DNA from: an uncultured delta proteobacterium
Lineage (GTDB): Bacteria > Desulfobacterota > Syntrophobacteria > BM002
Direction of reading: 5' to 3'
NCBI GenBank assembly: GCA_963712115.1
Contig: CAVQGX010000031.1
Coordinates: 96,001 to 160,000, forward strand
Length of the DNA stretch: 64,000 nt
Position 1 is the stretch's first letter; the number at the start of each line of letters is the position of its first letter. Made by a program: the position numbers and the translations under genes. Below are positions 20,804 through 30,565 of this stretch, piece by piece. The notes beneath the pieces are model-generated. The model did no database searches and had not been told where the DNA came from. It saw only the letters and a program-made list of their open reading frames with translations.

Positions 20804-22042
20804 CTATTCTTCTTTGTCGGGGTAACGCTGCTGGATTGACCGCATCACATCGATAGAGGATAAAAAGACTTGAATTAGTTCAGGGTCGAACTGCTGCCCT
20901 GCCCCATCTTTCATGGTCTGCAGTATGTCAGCCTCGTCCCATGCTTCCTTGTAAGCCCTCTTGGACGCAAGGGCATCATAGACATCCGCTATGGCCACAA
21001 TCCTGCCGAAGAGGGGGATCTCGTCACCTCTCTTGCCCCTCGGTTTGATTGGTTGTACGGAGAAACTAAGTCCTGGTCCAGTGGCGGCTAGATCGACATG
21101 TCCGGGATATCCCTTGCCATTCCACCACTCGTGATGAGTCATGGCAACCTGAGCCGCGGCTTCGTCGAAATCGGACTTCTTGTCAATGAACAGCCTGGCA
21201 CCAAAAAACGTGTGTTGTTTCATGATTGCATATTCTTCCTCAGTAAGCCGGGCTGGCTTCTTCAGAATCTGATCAGAGATAGCAACCTTGCCCACATCGT
21301 GGAGCATGGCTGCCATCCGCAGCAAATCGCGGTTGCTCTCGATCTCCTTGGCGGAAATAGATTTTTCCTTTGCCCATCGCTCGTATATCTCCACTGAGTA
21401 TGCGCCAACTCGATTGACATGGGCCCCAGTCTCTTTTGGATCTCGGAGCTCCGCCATTCTGATCATCCGCAAAATCAGAGTCCGGGTCATCTGCGCCCTT
21501 TCCAGTGCCATGGTGGCCATACTGGCGAAATGCACCATCATCCTCTCGTCTTCCTCTGAAAAAGGCACGATATTGCCCTGCTCGTTCTGGGCATTGATAA
21601 CCTGCAGCACTCCTATCACGTCCTCGCGCATTGTTTTGAGTGGAACCGCCAGCACCGAGTGAGTTTTGTATCCAGCCGTTTCATCAAATCTATGATCGAA
21701 GCGGTATGGGACTTCGCTCTCGAGCCTGTAGACATCCCGAATGTTAAGGGCCTGACCGGTAACGGCCGAATAACCGGCTATGCTACTTTTATCTGCTGTT
21801 ATGGTGAATATATTGTAGATTAGCTTAGCCCCTTGCGGCAGTCTCCTCTGCAGGGTTGCATTCTGGGTATAGGTAAAGCGCAGTTGATCCTTGTCTCGGA
21901 TATATATGGATCCGGCGTCGGCATTCACAACTCGCCGGGCCTCTGTAAGTATGTGCTCCATGAGAATGTCAAGGTCTTTGACCTGATTGAGCTCGGTACC
22001 CAGTGTGGTCAAAACCTCTAGTTTTTGCTTTTCTGTAAGCAC
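20804..22042 (-). CDS. GAF + HD-GYP phosphodiesterase
   Basis: GAF (ADAGSIY, FDETAGYKTHSVLAVP); ELRDPKETGAH, HDVGK, HHEWWNGKGYP; GTG start at 22042 avoids overlap. Confidence 0.88.
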   Translation of the reverse strand: MLTEKQKLEVLTTLGTELNQVKDLDILMEHILTEARRVVNADAGSIYIRDKDQLRFTYTQNATLQRRLPQGAKLIYNIFTITADKSSIAGYSAVTGQALNIRDVYRLESEVPYRFDHRFDETAGYKTHSVLAVPLKTMREDVIGVLQVINAQNEQGNIVPFSEEDERMMVHFASMATMALERAQMTRTLILRMIRMAELRDPKETGAHVNRVGAYSVEIYERWAKEKSISAKEIESNRDLLRMAAMLHDVGKVAISDQILKKPARLTEEEYAIMKQHTFFGARLFIDKKSDFDEAAAQVAMTHHEWWNGKGYPGHVDLAATGPGLSFSVQPIKPRGKRGDEIPLFGRIVAIADVYDALASKRAYKEAWDEADILQTMKDGAGQQFDPELIQVFLSSIDVMRSIQQRYPDKEE

Positions 22043-22074
22043 AGGCTTAATCCCCAAAATTAACAGTTCAGAGG

Positions 22075-22452
22075 TCAAGATTTCTTTTTGGTCCACAACA
22101 TTTCCGGCTGATTCTTGAATCTGATCTCGCCTCCATTTGCTGCAGAGTAATAAAAGGAGAACTCGAATTTTTTCCCCGACGGAAGGGTGTAGTAAATAAT
22201 GTACAAGGTTTGTCCCTCTGACTTAGTCTCTTTCACACCTGCTATGGGGTATACATCGAAGTCGAGGTACCCTAAGCCTTGTTCAAATATGACCGTGTTT
22301 TTCTTGATCTCGAAGGGATAGTCGGAATATCTGGGATTCTTCGTCACCCAAACCCCAATCAGTTCTTCTGGAACAGTAAACCGTTTTTGGCATTGCACTC
22401 CGAACATCAGTGCAAAGGTCACCAACAATACTAGAAAGGTCCTTGGTCTCAT
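22075..22452 (-). CDS. Hypothetical exported/lipoprotein
   Basis: 125 aa, hydrophobic N-terminus ending GVQC, VPEELIGVW beta-rich body. Confidence 0.7.
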   Translation of the reverse strand: MRPRTFLVLLVTFALMFGVQCQKRFTVPEELIGVWVTKNPRYSDYPFEIKKNTVIFEQGLGYLDFDVYPIAGVKETKSEGQTLYIIYYTLPSGKKFEFSFYYSAANGGEIRFKNQPEMLWTKKKS

Positions 22453-22526
22453 CTGACTCGCCCAAAAGCTCTGACTTGCTTACAAATTAGACCATTATAC
22501 CTGCGACGGGGACGCAATGCCATTCG

Positions 22527-24680
22527 CTAAGAACCGGTAGACTCAGCCGCTCTTTCTGACTGGCTTTGCAACTCCATGTCTTCTTGGGCCATGACCTCAA
22601 GAAAGGCTTTAACTACATTCGGGTCGAACTTCGTGCCCGAATCTTCTCTTATGAAACCAATTACCTTTTCCCGAGGCAAGCCGGCGCGGTATGGCCGATC
22701 CGAAATGAGAGCATCGTAGTGGTCGGCCACGGTAAATATGCGGGCCCCCAAATCAATTCCCTCGCCCTCGAGTCCATCAGGGTAACCTGAGCCATCATAA
22801 TATTCATGGTGATGCAACACCACGGGTATGACCGCACCATAGGCCTCTATGGGTTCCAGGATACGTGCTCCAATCCGCACGTGCTCACGCATTAACTGAT
22901 ATTCTTCGTCTGTCAGTTTTCCTGCCTTGTCCAGGATTTCAGGTGGTATGCCAATCTTGCCTATATCGTGGAGCAGCCCACCTCTGTGCAAGTCATCCAG
23001 TTTTTTCTGGTCCAGCCCCATATTTTGTCCGATCTTCAGGGCAACTTCCGTCACCCGCTCAGAGTGACCAGCCGTCCAGTTCGACTTGGCATCTATGGCC
23101 CTGGCCAAGGCGTAAAGTGTGCCCCAGTTCAGTTCGTCTAACTCCTCAATAAGCCTGGCATTTGAAATGGCCACTGCCACCTGATCGGCCAATTGCCGAG
23201 CCTGAACTGTATCCTCTTCATTTAGCGCGGCTCCATCTGTATAACCCAGAACTATTAGGCCCGATAATTTCTCGCTAACAAACATGGGAAAGGCTAGAAA
23301 TAGCTCTGCCTCAAGCTCCATCAGAGGAGAAAGATATTCAGGGAATTCATTTGGGACATCGAAAAGCAATTGCTCTGGGTGATCATCCAGTTTCCGAACA
23401 TCTTCAGTGCTCAGCCTAACAGGTACCAGCCAGTTTTCACCCTCGGACTGGCCGTACTGGATATGCATCAGCCCAGCATCTGAAGATTCCGCATCAAAAA
23501 GAGCCAAGGCCACGCAATCACAGGGGAAAAGTTCCCGCATCCGGTTAAGTATAGTATCCACGATCCTTCTGGTGTCCAAGGCCGACAGAATGGAGCGGTC
23601 GATCTCATTCATGGTGGTTAAGGCGTTGAATTGCTTGCCCAAGCGAGTGGCCATGGCATTGAACGATTCCGCCAGTTCCTGAAACTCGTCTCCGCTAGTG
23701 ACCTTAACCCTGCTGTTGAAATCTCTTGCGGCAATCCGCTTTGTCCCCTCTTGCAGTCTCTCCAAGGGGACCAGGTTCCTGCGGATCTGACTGATACTCA
23801 AGAGCAACACCACCCACAAGGCCAGGAGGACAACCAGGGGAAAGATTTGCTTGAACCTGGCCATGGGGGCCAGCACGTGGGCTTTGGATTCACAGAGCAC
23901 AACGACCCACTTGGGAAAATGAAACTCCTTTTCCATGTACATGGACAAATATCTTCCCACATACTCTTTCTCTCCGTGTCTCCACTCAAATTGTCCCGAG
24001 TGCGTTTTGGTCATGTTTGACACTTCCCCCTCGGGAACTGCTCTCGACCCAGAAATTGTACTGAAGAGTACCCTTCCATTATGATCCAGAACGATTAACT
24101 CGGTCATGGGCGGCAGTGGATTCTCCTCCCCTCCCCGCCAGAGGTAAAAATCACTCACCTGTCCTACGAGGAGTCCCTTGGTGGGATTTTTTTCATCAAG
24201 TAACCTCCGCATGAAGATCACTCCGGGCCGATTCGCCCTAACCTTAGCAGTTATGAGGGTTCTACCCTCCCGCAAATGCTCGGCTTCTTCTTTGGTCAAA
24301 GGTGGCGGCTCGGGCACAAAGTCTATGAGAGGTATGGTTTTTCCAGAGTCCATAACCAATGCCATTCCCTCGAATCTCTCTTTCAGCCGGTCGCTAATTT
24401 CCACTGTGGAAGCCTGCAGGCCTGATACATCATCTAGATTGGAAGTCACCATTTCCATCCCAGCCTCGAGAAACAATAACCGCTCAAAGAGGTTCATACT
24501 CATGGCCTTGGCTGCCTGCTCTAGTCGCTCCTGGCTCTGCTTGTTGAGCTGCCTAGTCACATGTCGAAAGGAGAGGACGGCGAGAACTGTTATGGGAAGG
24601 AGGGCACAGGAGATGAAGAGGAGAAAGATTCTTCTCGCTACTTTGCTGCGCAGGAATGTTTTATCAATTTTCATGGTCAA
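22527..24680 (-). CDS. Membrane sensor: periplasmic (Cache-like) - HAMP - GAF - HD-GYP
   Basis: Two TM segments, HAMP PLERLQEGTKRIAARDF...DEFQELAESFNAM, GHSERV, HDIGK, HHEYYDGSGYP, DRPYR. Confidence 0.9.
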   Translation of the reverse strand: MTMKIDKTFLRSKVARRIFLLFISCALLPITVLAVLSFRHVTRQLNKQSQERLEQAAKAMSMNLFERLLFLEAGMEMVTSNLDDVSGLQASTVEISDRLKERFEGMALVMDSGKTIPLIDFVPEPPPLTKEEAEHLREGRTLITAKVRANRPGVIFMRRLLDEKNPTKGLLVGQVSDFYLWRGGEENPLPPMTELIVLDHNGRVLFSTISGSRAVPEGEVSNMTKTHSGQFEWRHGEKEYVGRYLSMYMEKEFHFPKWVVVLCESKAHVLAPMARFKQIFPLVVLLALWVVLLLSISQIRRNLVPLERLQEGTKRIAARDFNSRVKVTSGDEFQELAESFNAMATRLGKQFNALTTMNEIDRSILSALDTRRIVDTILNRMRELFPCDCVALALFDAESSDAGLMHIQYGQSEGENWLVPVRLSTEDVRKLDDHPEQLLFDVPNEFPEYLSPLMELEAELFLAFPMFVSEKLSGLIVLGYTDGAALNEEDTVQARQLADQVAVAISNARLIEELDELNWGTLYALARAIDAKSNWTAGHSERVTEVALKIGQNMGLDQKKLDDLHRGGLLHDIGKIGIPPEILDKAGKLTDEEYQLMREHVRIGARILEPIEAYGAVIPVVLHHHEYYDGSGYPDGLEGEGIDLGARIFTVADHYDALISDRPYRAGLPREKVIGFIREDSGTKFDPNVVKAFLEVMAQEDMELQSQSERAAESTGS

Positions 24681-24687
24681 AAAATAA

Positions 24688-25224
24688 TTAGAATTTAGAT
24701 CCTTCGCCTACGTATTTTCCGTTAGCAGCTCGGACAATGTCGTCAGCTCCCGTGTTTTTTGTGATCTGGCTGTGGGTCGGTACTTCCCTATCAGGACCAA
24801 CGCTGTAAAGGTCAAAATCATAGTTGAGGGGGTTATAGCTCCGGTCCCGACGACAAAACTTGGGTTTATCTCCGGCCCACTCCCCGCTTTCGAGGTTCCT
24901 ATACTTGTAAGTAGTTCCCCACGGGTCTAGAAAATTGTCTCGACCAATCTCTTGCAGGGTCTCGAGCATGTCCGGAGGCCAGCCAGGATACCTACCTCTT
25001 TCTGTCTTAAAAAAAATTATCTCCTTTTCCAACCCCCTAATCTCCGTAGCTGCCCGGGCCACATTCGCTCTATAAATGCGATCCTGAATCGACGGCACCG
25101 CAATGGCTGTAAGAGTCCCTATTATGGCCAGGCTGATGGCTAACTCGACTATGGTAAAGCCCCCGGGTGACAATTGCTGCTTCCTCGCCCGAAAAGGAGC
25201 AATGTTCTTTAAGGTTTGCGTCAT
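24688..25224 (-). CDS. Prepilin-type N-terminal cleavage protein (GspG-like pseudopilin)
   Basis: G|FTIVELAISLAIIGTLTAIAVP class III signal; DPWG and FDLYSVGPD GspG-type motifs. Confidence 0.88.
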   Translation of the reverse strand: MTQTLKNIAPFRARKQQLSPGGFTIVELAISLAIIGTLTAIAVPSIQDRIYRANVARAATEIRGLEKEIIFFKTERGRYPGWPPDMLETLQEIGRDNFLDPWGTTYKYRNLESGEWAGDKPKFCRRDRSYNPLNYDFDLYSVGPDREVPTHSQITKNTGADDIVRAANGKYVGEGSKF

Positions 25225-25500
25225 AGAGAAACATACAGACACGGAATTTAAACCATCTTGGCCCATAGTAAGAGGGCAGCGCCAACGGAGCTGTCAGCTG
25301 TCTTCGACGAGGAGTCAATCATTGCGAACTCTCCCCCTCGCCGTCCAATTAACTCACCATTCCAGTCTGTTCGGTGCAAGAAAGCGAAAAACAGCAAGAA
25401 ACATACCATCCTGTTCAACCCCTGTCTACCCCACGAATCACCACGCTGCAGGGACAACCCTCATGTGCAACTAATTGATATCCATCAGGAAATTCCATAT

Positions 25501-25648
25501 TGCCATTCCAAGCACTTCGATTTACTCAGAGCCTGCCCTGAGCGACTCGACCCGAGCTCGACGACAGGTCCTGTCGAAGAGGTAAACTCCGCGAAGGATC
25601 TTAAGATTCTTCGTAGTCCCGCCATTCTCGGGACTCCTCAGAATGACA
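25501..25648. repeat. Composite/nested REP-like element
   Basis: Outer TGCCATTC...GAATGACA ends, GCGAAGGATCT-TA-AGATTCTTCG hairpin, internal CTTCGA...TCGAAG and GTCCCG...CGGGAC hairpins. Confidence 0.6.
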
Positions 25649-25710
25649 ACCGAAAGGTTATTTTCGGACTGGTAGTAGTGTAGATGGTATTTGTCACAGG
25701 CATGTCGAGC

Positions 25711-27054
25711 TTAGGAAAGATTTTTTTGAATATAGCTCTTTATATCGAACTTCCGCTTGCATCCATTGTAGCTCATGTACCGGATCTTCCCGAAGATCGG
25801 ACGTTCATTCCACGCCCTGTCGTGCACGCCTCCCACGCTCCAAGCTATACCCGCATAGCCGTTGCTGTCTCTGCCGTCCAGTTCATACTTGTCATTCAGA
25901 TAGATGGCGATCTCTAAGGCACCTTCTGGAGACTCGGTCCACTCCAGGATTTTTTTCGCCCAGTACATTCTCATGTAGCCGTGCATCTTCCCCCTCCGAA
26001 TCATCTCCATCTGGGCCGCATTCCAGAGATCATCATGTGTTTTAGCTTCTTCAAATTCTTCCAAAGAATAAACGTATTCTCTCTTGTCACCACGATGTTC
26101 ATTTAGTGTTTTTTGGGCCCAGGGGTGGAAGCCTTCAAACTGATCGTATTTATCGTTGTAAAAGCAGTAATTATCCGAGAGTTCTCGTCTGACAATGAGC
26201 TCTTCCAGGAAAGAGTCCTTTTTCTCCGATTTTATCTGGTGTTTCTTTACTTGCAGGACCACACGTTGAGCGGAAATTTGTCCAAAATGCAGGTAGGGGG
26301 AGAGATGGGACACGCTGTTTTCGTTGGGGTCATTCCTCTTTAGGTCATATTCCTGCAATTTGTTTTTGAGGAAATGATTTAGAGTTTTACGGGCCGCTCT
26401 CTCTCCGGGCTCAAGCCAGTCCACTTCACTGACATGCCGATTGACCTCCAAACTCTCTACTACCCTTTTCCAGTCAGTGCTTTTCACCTCACCGCTCCAG
26501 GTGAAAGGATGAATCTGCAACTTGGGGAATTCCTCCAGGAACTCTGGCAGGGAACGGTGAATTTTCGGCCTTAGGGTGTATGCCCCATATTCCTGTTTAG
26601 GCGAGGCAACCCAACAGGGCACAATGTTTCGTGTGTCCACCTCGTACAGGGGAATTTCCAGCTTATTTGCTACCTCCTCCTTCCACTCCCTTTTTATGCG
26701 CAGGGGATCAAAGTCGGTTACTAAAATGGTGACTTTACTTTCAGCCGCGAATTTGGGCATCTCTTTTTTTGGCCGTCCTCTTAAGAGGAAGAAGGGGATT
26801 TCCAGATCTTTTAGCCTATTTTCTACCTGCTCCAGTCCCCTGAGCATGAAGCCAAATTGTCTAAGGGTGGCATTGAGAAACTGGGGCACCAGGCAGAAGA
26901 CCACAGCCAAAGGTGCCTTCATTTGCAATGCCAATTCTTGGGCATATAATAGGGCCCAGTTGTCTTCCACCCTTTGGTCGCGGCTCATCCAGTAGACAAC
27001 CTGCCCCTTCTTTTTAGTTCCATCCTTTAATGTTCTCACTCTTTTGAGATTCAT
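25711..27054 (-). CDS. phrB: Class II CPD photolyase
   Basis: VVYWMSRDQRVEDNWAL, SHLSPYLHFGQIS, EELIVRREL, GKMHGYMRMYWAKKILEW, LDGRDSNGY. Confidence 0.93.
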   Translation of the reverse strand: MNLKRVRTLKDGTKKKGQVVYWMSRDQRVEDNWALLYAQELALQMKAPLAVVFCLVPQFLNATLRQFGFMLRGLEQVENRLKDLEIPFFLLRGRPKKEMPKFAAESKVTILVTDFDPLRIKREWKEEVANKLEIPLYEVDTRNIVPCWVASPKQEYGAYTLRPKIHRSLPEFLEEFPKLQIHPFTWSGEVKSTDWKRVVESLEVNRHVSEVDWLEPGERAARKTLNHFLKNKLQEYDLKRNDPNENSVSHLSPYLHFGQISAQRVVLQVKKHQIKSEKKDSFLEELIVRRELSDNYCFYNDKYDQFEGFHPWAQKTLNEHRGDKREYVYSLEEFEEAKTHDDLWNAAQMEMIRRGKMHGYMRMYWAKKILEWTESPEGALEIAIYLNDKYELDGRDSNGYAGIAWSVGGVHDRAWNERPIFGKIRYMSYNGCKRKFDIKSYIQKNLS

Positions 27055-27085
27055 TGAAATTGCAACCTCCAGCAAATACCCCTAG

Positions 27086-27246
27086 GAGTCTGTCGGAGTA
27101 CCTCTTTATTGGACACTTGGTGGTCATCGTGGCCCTAATGGGACCCTAAAACGGCGAATGGAGTGGTCAACGTTAGTCAGAATGCCAGTGCGACTGAACC
27201 TTGCGTCCCTATTTTTCCATTGAGAGCTAGCTAGTCCGACACACTC
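27086..27246. mobile_element. MITE, 161 bp, flanked by CTAG
   Basis: TIRs GAGTCTGTCGGAGTA / TAGTCCGACACACTC (13/15), CTAG at 27082-85 and 27247-50. Confidence 0.8.
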
Positions 27247-27554
27247 CTAGCCTCTTTTCTGAAGCAACCCTCGCCCCTCAAGGGGGAGGGGATTATAAGA
27301 TTACCGGACAGGGAGTGAGGGGTAACTTTGAAATAAATTGGATTATTTATTGTAATGGTAAAAAAGGTATTTTCCAAGGCATTTCACTTGTTTCAATGTC
27401 ATTTAGCACTTTTTCCTTGCCACTTTTTCTACCATCTTGTAGCCTGAAATTAGCCCCTTTTCCTCTCTTGCGACTAGGTGTTCACTTCAACTGTATTTTC
27501 GATCTCTTCCGGTCGATACTCATAGGTTCAGCGTCAGTGGGAAAGAAAATCGTG

Positions 27555-28709
27555 ATGAAGGATCAAAAAAAAAGCAGAGAACAACTGGTTGATGAATTAG
27601 CCTCTTTGCGCCAAAAGGTAGCCGAACTCGAAGAGTTGGCAGCAGAGCACGATTGGGTGGACAAAACACTGCTGGAGAGAGAAGAGAGATATCGTGCCAT
27701 AGTGGAAGCTTTTGATGGACTCGTCTATATCTGTTCTGACGACTATAGAATTGAATTTATGAACGAGGAATTAATCAAACGAACCGGCTACGACGGAACC
27801 GGAGAATTGTGTTACCGCGTGCTACACGAGCGGGATTCTGTATGTCCATGGTGCGTCAAAGAACGCGTGCTTAAAGGCGAAACTGTAAGGTGGGAGATAG
27901 AGAGTCCTAAAGACAACCGCTGGTATTATGTTGTAAATACGCCTATCTACAACGCCGATGGCACTATATCCAAACAGGCTATGATTCTGGACATCACCGA
28001 ACGTAAGGAAATGGAGAAAGCATTAGAAAAAAGTGCTGAAAAAATAAAACTTTTTGCCTATTCAGTATCACACGATCTTAAAAGCCCAGCAGCCGCTATC
28101 TATGGCCTGACAAAACGCCTGCACGACCGTTACAAAGATAGCCTCGACGAAAAGGGCAGGAGGTACTGTGATCAAATCCTCAGAGCCTCACTTCATGTTG
28201 GTGCCCTCATTGAAAAAATCAATGCCTATATAGAGGCTCAGGAAGCACCTCTTAAGGTGGAAGGTTTGGATTTAAAAGAGATTCTTCAGATCATCAAAGA
28301 CGAATTCTCCCCGCGGCTCACCATCCGTCAGATAAAATGGTTGGAACCTGATTCAATTCCAGAGTTTCAGGGAGATAAGATATCTCTTCTCAGGGTATTC
28401 AGAAATTTTGTGGATAACGCCTTGAAGTACGGAGGAGAAAATCTAAGCGAGATAAAAGTGGGATACCAAGAGTCTGACGAATTCCATATTCTCTCTGTGA
28501 GTGATAACGGTATAGGCTTACAAGGGAGGGACTACGAGAATCTTTTCGCAGCCTTTCGCAGGGATAATAGTTCCAAAGGTGTTGAGGGAGCTGGGCTGGG
28601 TCTAGCTATAGTCAGTGAAATAGCGGAACGGCACAGAGGTAAAGTCTGGGCGGAGCCTGGCAAGAACAAAGGGGTGACATTTCACATGTCCGTGTCCAAG
28701 AATCTGTGA
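27555..28709 (+). CDS. PAS-domain sensor histidine kinase
   Basis: PAS with CY...CPWC, SVSHDLKSP H-box, NFVDNALKY, DNGIG, GAGLGL; start moved to MKDQKKS. Confidence 0.9.
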   Translation: MKDQKKSREQLVDELASLRQKVAELEELAAEHDWVDKTLLEREERYRAIVEAFDGLVYICSDDYRIEFMNEELIKRTGYDGTGELCYRVLHERDSVCPWCVKERVLKGETVRWEIESPKDNRWYYVVNTPIYNADGTISKQAMILDITERKEMEKALEKSAEKIKLFAYSVSHDLKSPAAAIYGLTKRLHDRYKDSLDEKGRRYCDQILRASLHVGALIEKINAYIEAQEAPLKVEGLDLKEILQIIKDEFSPRLTIRQIKWLEPDSIPEFQGDKISLLRVFRNFVDNALKYGGENLSEIKVGYQESDEFHILSVSDNGIGLQGRDYENLFAAFRRDNSSKGVEGAGLGLAIVSEIAERHRGKVWAEPGKNKGVTFHMSVSKNL

Positions 28710-28781
28710 TCTATTTATTTCGCAGAAGTCATCCCAGGAAACAAACAATCTACAATCTCAAATCTAAAATCTAAAATGTAG

Positions 28782-29438
28782 CTACCTCGTCACCAAGCCC
28801 CTCTCCATGGCGTAGGCTGTCAAGGCCGCTGCACTGTGCAGGTCCAGCTTTTTCATCAGGTTGGCCCGGTGTTTTTCTACTGTCTTCACGCTGATGCACA
28901 GGTAGTCGGCGATCTCCTTGTTCTTGTGCCCTTCGGCAATCAACTTAAGGATTTCTCGCTCCCGCTTGGTCAGTGTTTCCCAAGGGGTAGTGGATTCAGG
29001 GGTTCGTCTGGATTCTAAATAGCCCTCGATCACAAATCTTGAAACGGATGGGCACAGATACCGCTCCCCCATGAGGACGCTTCTTATGGCCATCATCAAT
29101 TCGCTGGAGGAGGCATCCTTTGGTATATATCCATCTGCCCCGGCCTGAAGGACTTCGAGGATGAACTCCTCTGTCTTGTGAACTGTTAGGGCCAAAATTT
29201 TTGTCTGTGGAATCCGCTTCCTAATTTCTCTAATGGCCTCAACCCCGTTCATTTTCGGCATTGATAGATCCATTAGAATCAGATCGGGGGTAAGGCCTTC
29301 AACCTGCCGAACGGCCTGCCTACCATCCCCTGCTTCTCCTACCACTTCCAGATCCTCCTGTGAGGATATTAGGGCGCGCAAGCCTTCTCTGAGAATGGTA
29401 TGGTCCTCGGCAATAACAATTCTTCCTTTTTCTCTCAT
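28782..29438 (-). CDS. NarL/FixJ-family DNA-binding response regulator
   Basis: IAEDH, LMDLSMP, LTKREREIL...SVKTVEKHRANLMKKL. Confidence 0.93.
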   Translation of the reverse strand: MREKGRIVIAEDHTILREGLRALISSQEDLEVVGEAGDGRQAVRQVEGLTPDLILMDLSMPKMNGVEAIREIRKRIPQTKILALTVHKTEEFILEVLQAGADGYIPKDASSSELMMAIRSVLMGERYLCPSVSRFVIEGYLESRRTPESTTPWETLTKREREILKLIAEGHKNKEIADYLCISVKTVEKHRANLMKKLDLHSAAALTAYAMERGLVTR

Positions 29439-29510
29439 AGCACAACCAAACCACAGATTTCTTGTCAGAATACATCTTGCACGTATAACTGTAAAGCGTC
29501 TGTAATCAAA

Positions 29511-29708
29511 TTAACCCTACTGTTGCATATCTATGTCGAGGAAAAACGCGCAAGAGCGCGTCAAATTTGGCTGCGCACAGGCTCGGACAGGTCGAGGCGT
29601 ACTTGACCGTACGTGAAGTCCTGTCTGAGGCGAGCACAGCCGCAGATGGCGTGCTATGGCGCGAGCGCAGTGGTTTTTACCGGTTTAGCTATGCGACAGT
29701 AGGGTTAA
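29511..29708. mobile_element. MITE, ~198 bp, in divergent promoter region
   Basis: TIRs TTAACCCTACTGTTGCATA / TATGCGACAGTAGGGTTAA (18/19), GC-rich self-complementary interior. Confidence 0.8.
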
Positions 29709-29875
29709 GTCCCCCATCCTTTCCGTTGCTTCTGAAAAATACAGTGAAATATAACCATATCTACTGCATTCACCCCATTTTTACCTTAGGGCCGGCTGTT
29801 GTACAGTGTATTTGTTATTTTTTTCTCCAGAGATCACACTTTCTCGGTGCTACACCCGCCAAGGGGTGGAAATAT

Positions 29876-30253
29876 ATGTTGCAGATATTAATTGTCGAGG
29901 ACAATGCTCCTTTTCGACAATCCCTCAGGGAGATGCTGTGCGAGCAATTCCCTGCCATGGGTGTCGAGGAGGCTGAAGACGGCGAGGATGCCCTCGATAA
30001 AATAGAGACCCTATCCCCCCACCTAGTGTTCATGGACATTAAACTGCCAGGTCAAAGCGGCCTCGAGGTAACCAGAGAAATAAAGGCACGATATCCTGGG
30101 ATAATAGTGATAATCCTTACCAGCTATGACCTGCCTGAGTATCGGGAAGCTGCGAACCAATACGGTGCCGACTACTTTCTTTCAAAAGGTTCTTCGAGTA
30201 GAGAGGAAATTCTGACACTGGTCGATAGCATCTTAGCTGAAGGAATGGAGTGA
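29876..30253 (+). CDS. Single-domain response regulator
   Basis: ILIVEDN, FMDIKLPG, LT, FLSK; upstream extension in ORF track is MITE sequence. Confidence 0.9.
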   Translation: MLQILIVEDNAPFRQSLREMLCEQFPAMGVEEAEDGEDALDKIETLSPHLVFMDIKLPGQSGLEVTREIKARYPGIIVIILTSYDLPEYREAANQYGADYFLSKGSSSREEILTLVDSILAEGME

Positions 30254-30260
30254 TGGGCAT

Positions 30261-30355
30261 TTCAGATTGCAGGCTCGAGATTGTAGATTTTAGATTGAGT
30301 CAAATCGCAACCGAACAAATCTGCAATCTTAAATCTCAAATCTTAAATCTGAAAT
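30261..30355. repeat. Inverted heptamer tandem arrays (NNAGATT / AATCTNN)
   Basis: TCAGATT..CGAGATT GTAGATT TTAGATT followed by AATCTGC AATCTTA AATCTCA AATCTTA AATCTGA. Confidence 0.75.
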
Positions 30356-30565
30356 CAACCCTACCTGGGAGAGAGACCGCAAATACGGTATTCCTTTTCT
30401 TAAAATACGCAATTTGCCTGATTTACATTGCCCCTTATATCAGTAACCTGAGAGAAATCAATCCATGCTCCTTATCCTCGACCCTAATGAAGAGATCTAC
30501 TGGCGAAGACTAGCGTCAGTTTTGATTATTTTTCCACCTCTTACCACTGACTGAGGAGTTGAACT

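Noticed and set aside
27315-27554. N-terminal extension of the histidine kinase in the ORF track (likewise 29567-29875 and 49056-49223)
   Set aside because: Extensions run through promoter-like or repeat/MITE DNA; the recognisable domains begin at downstream ATGs.
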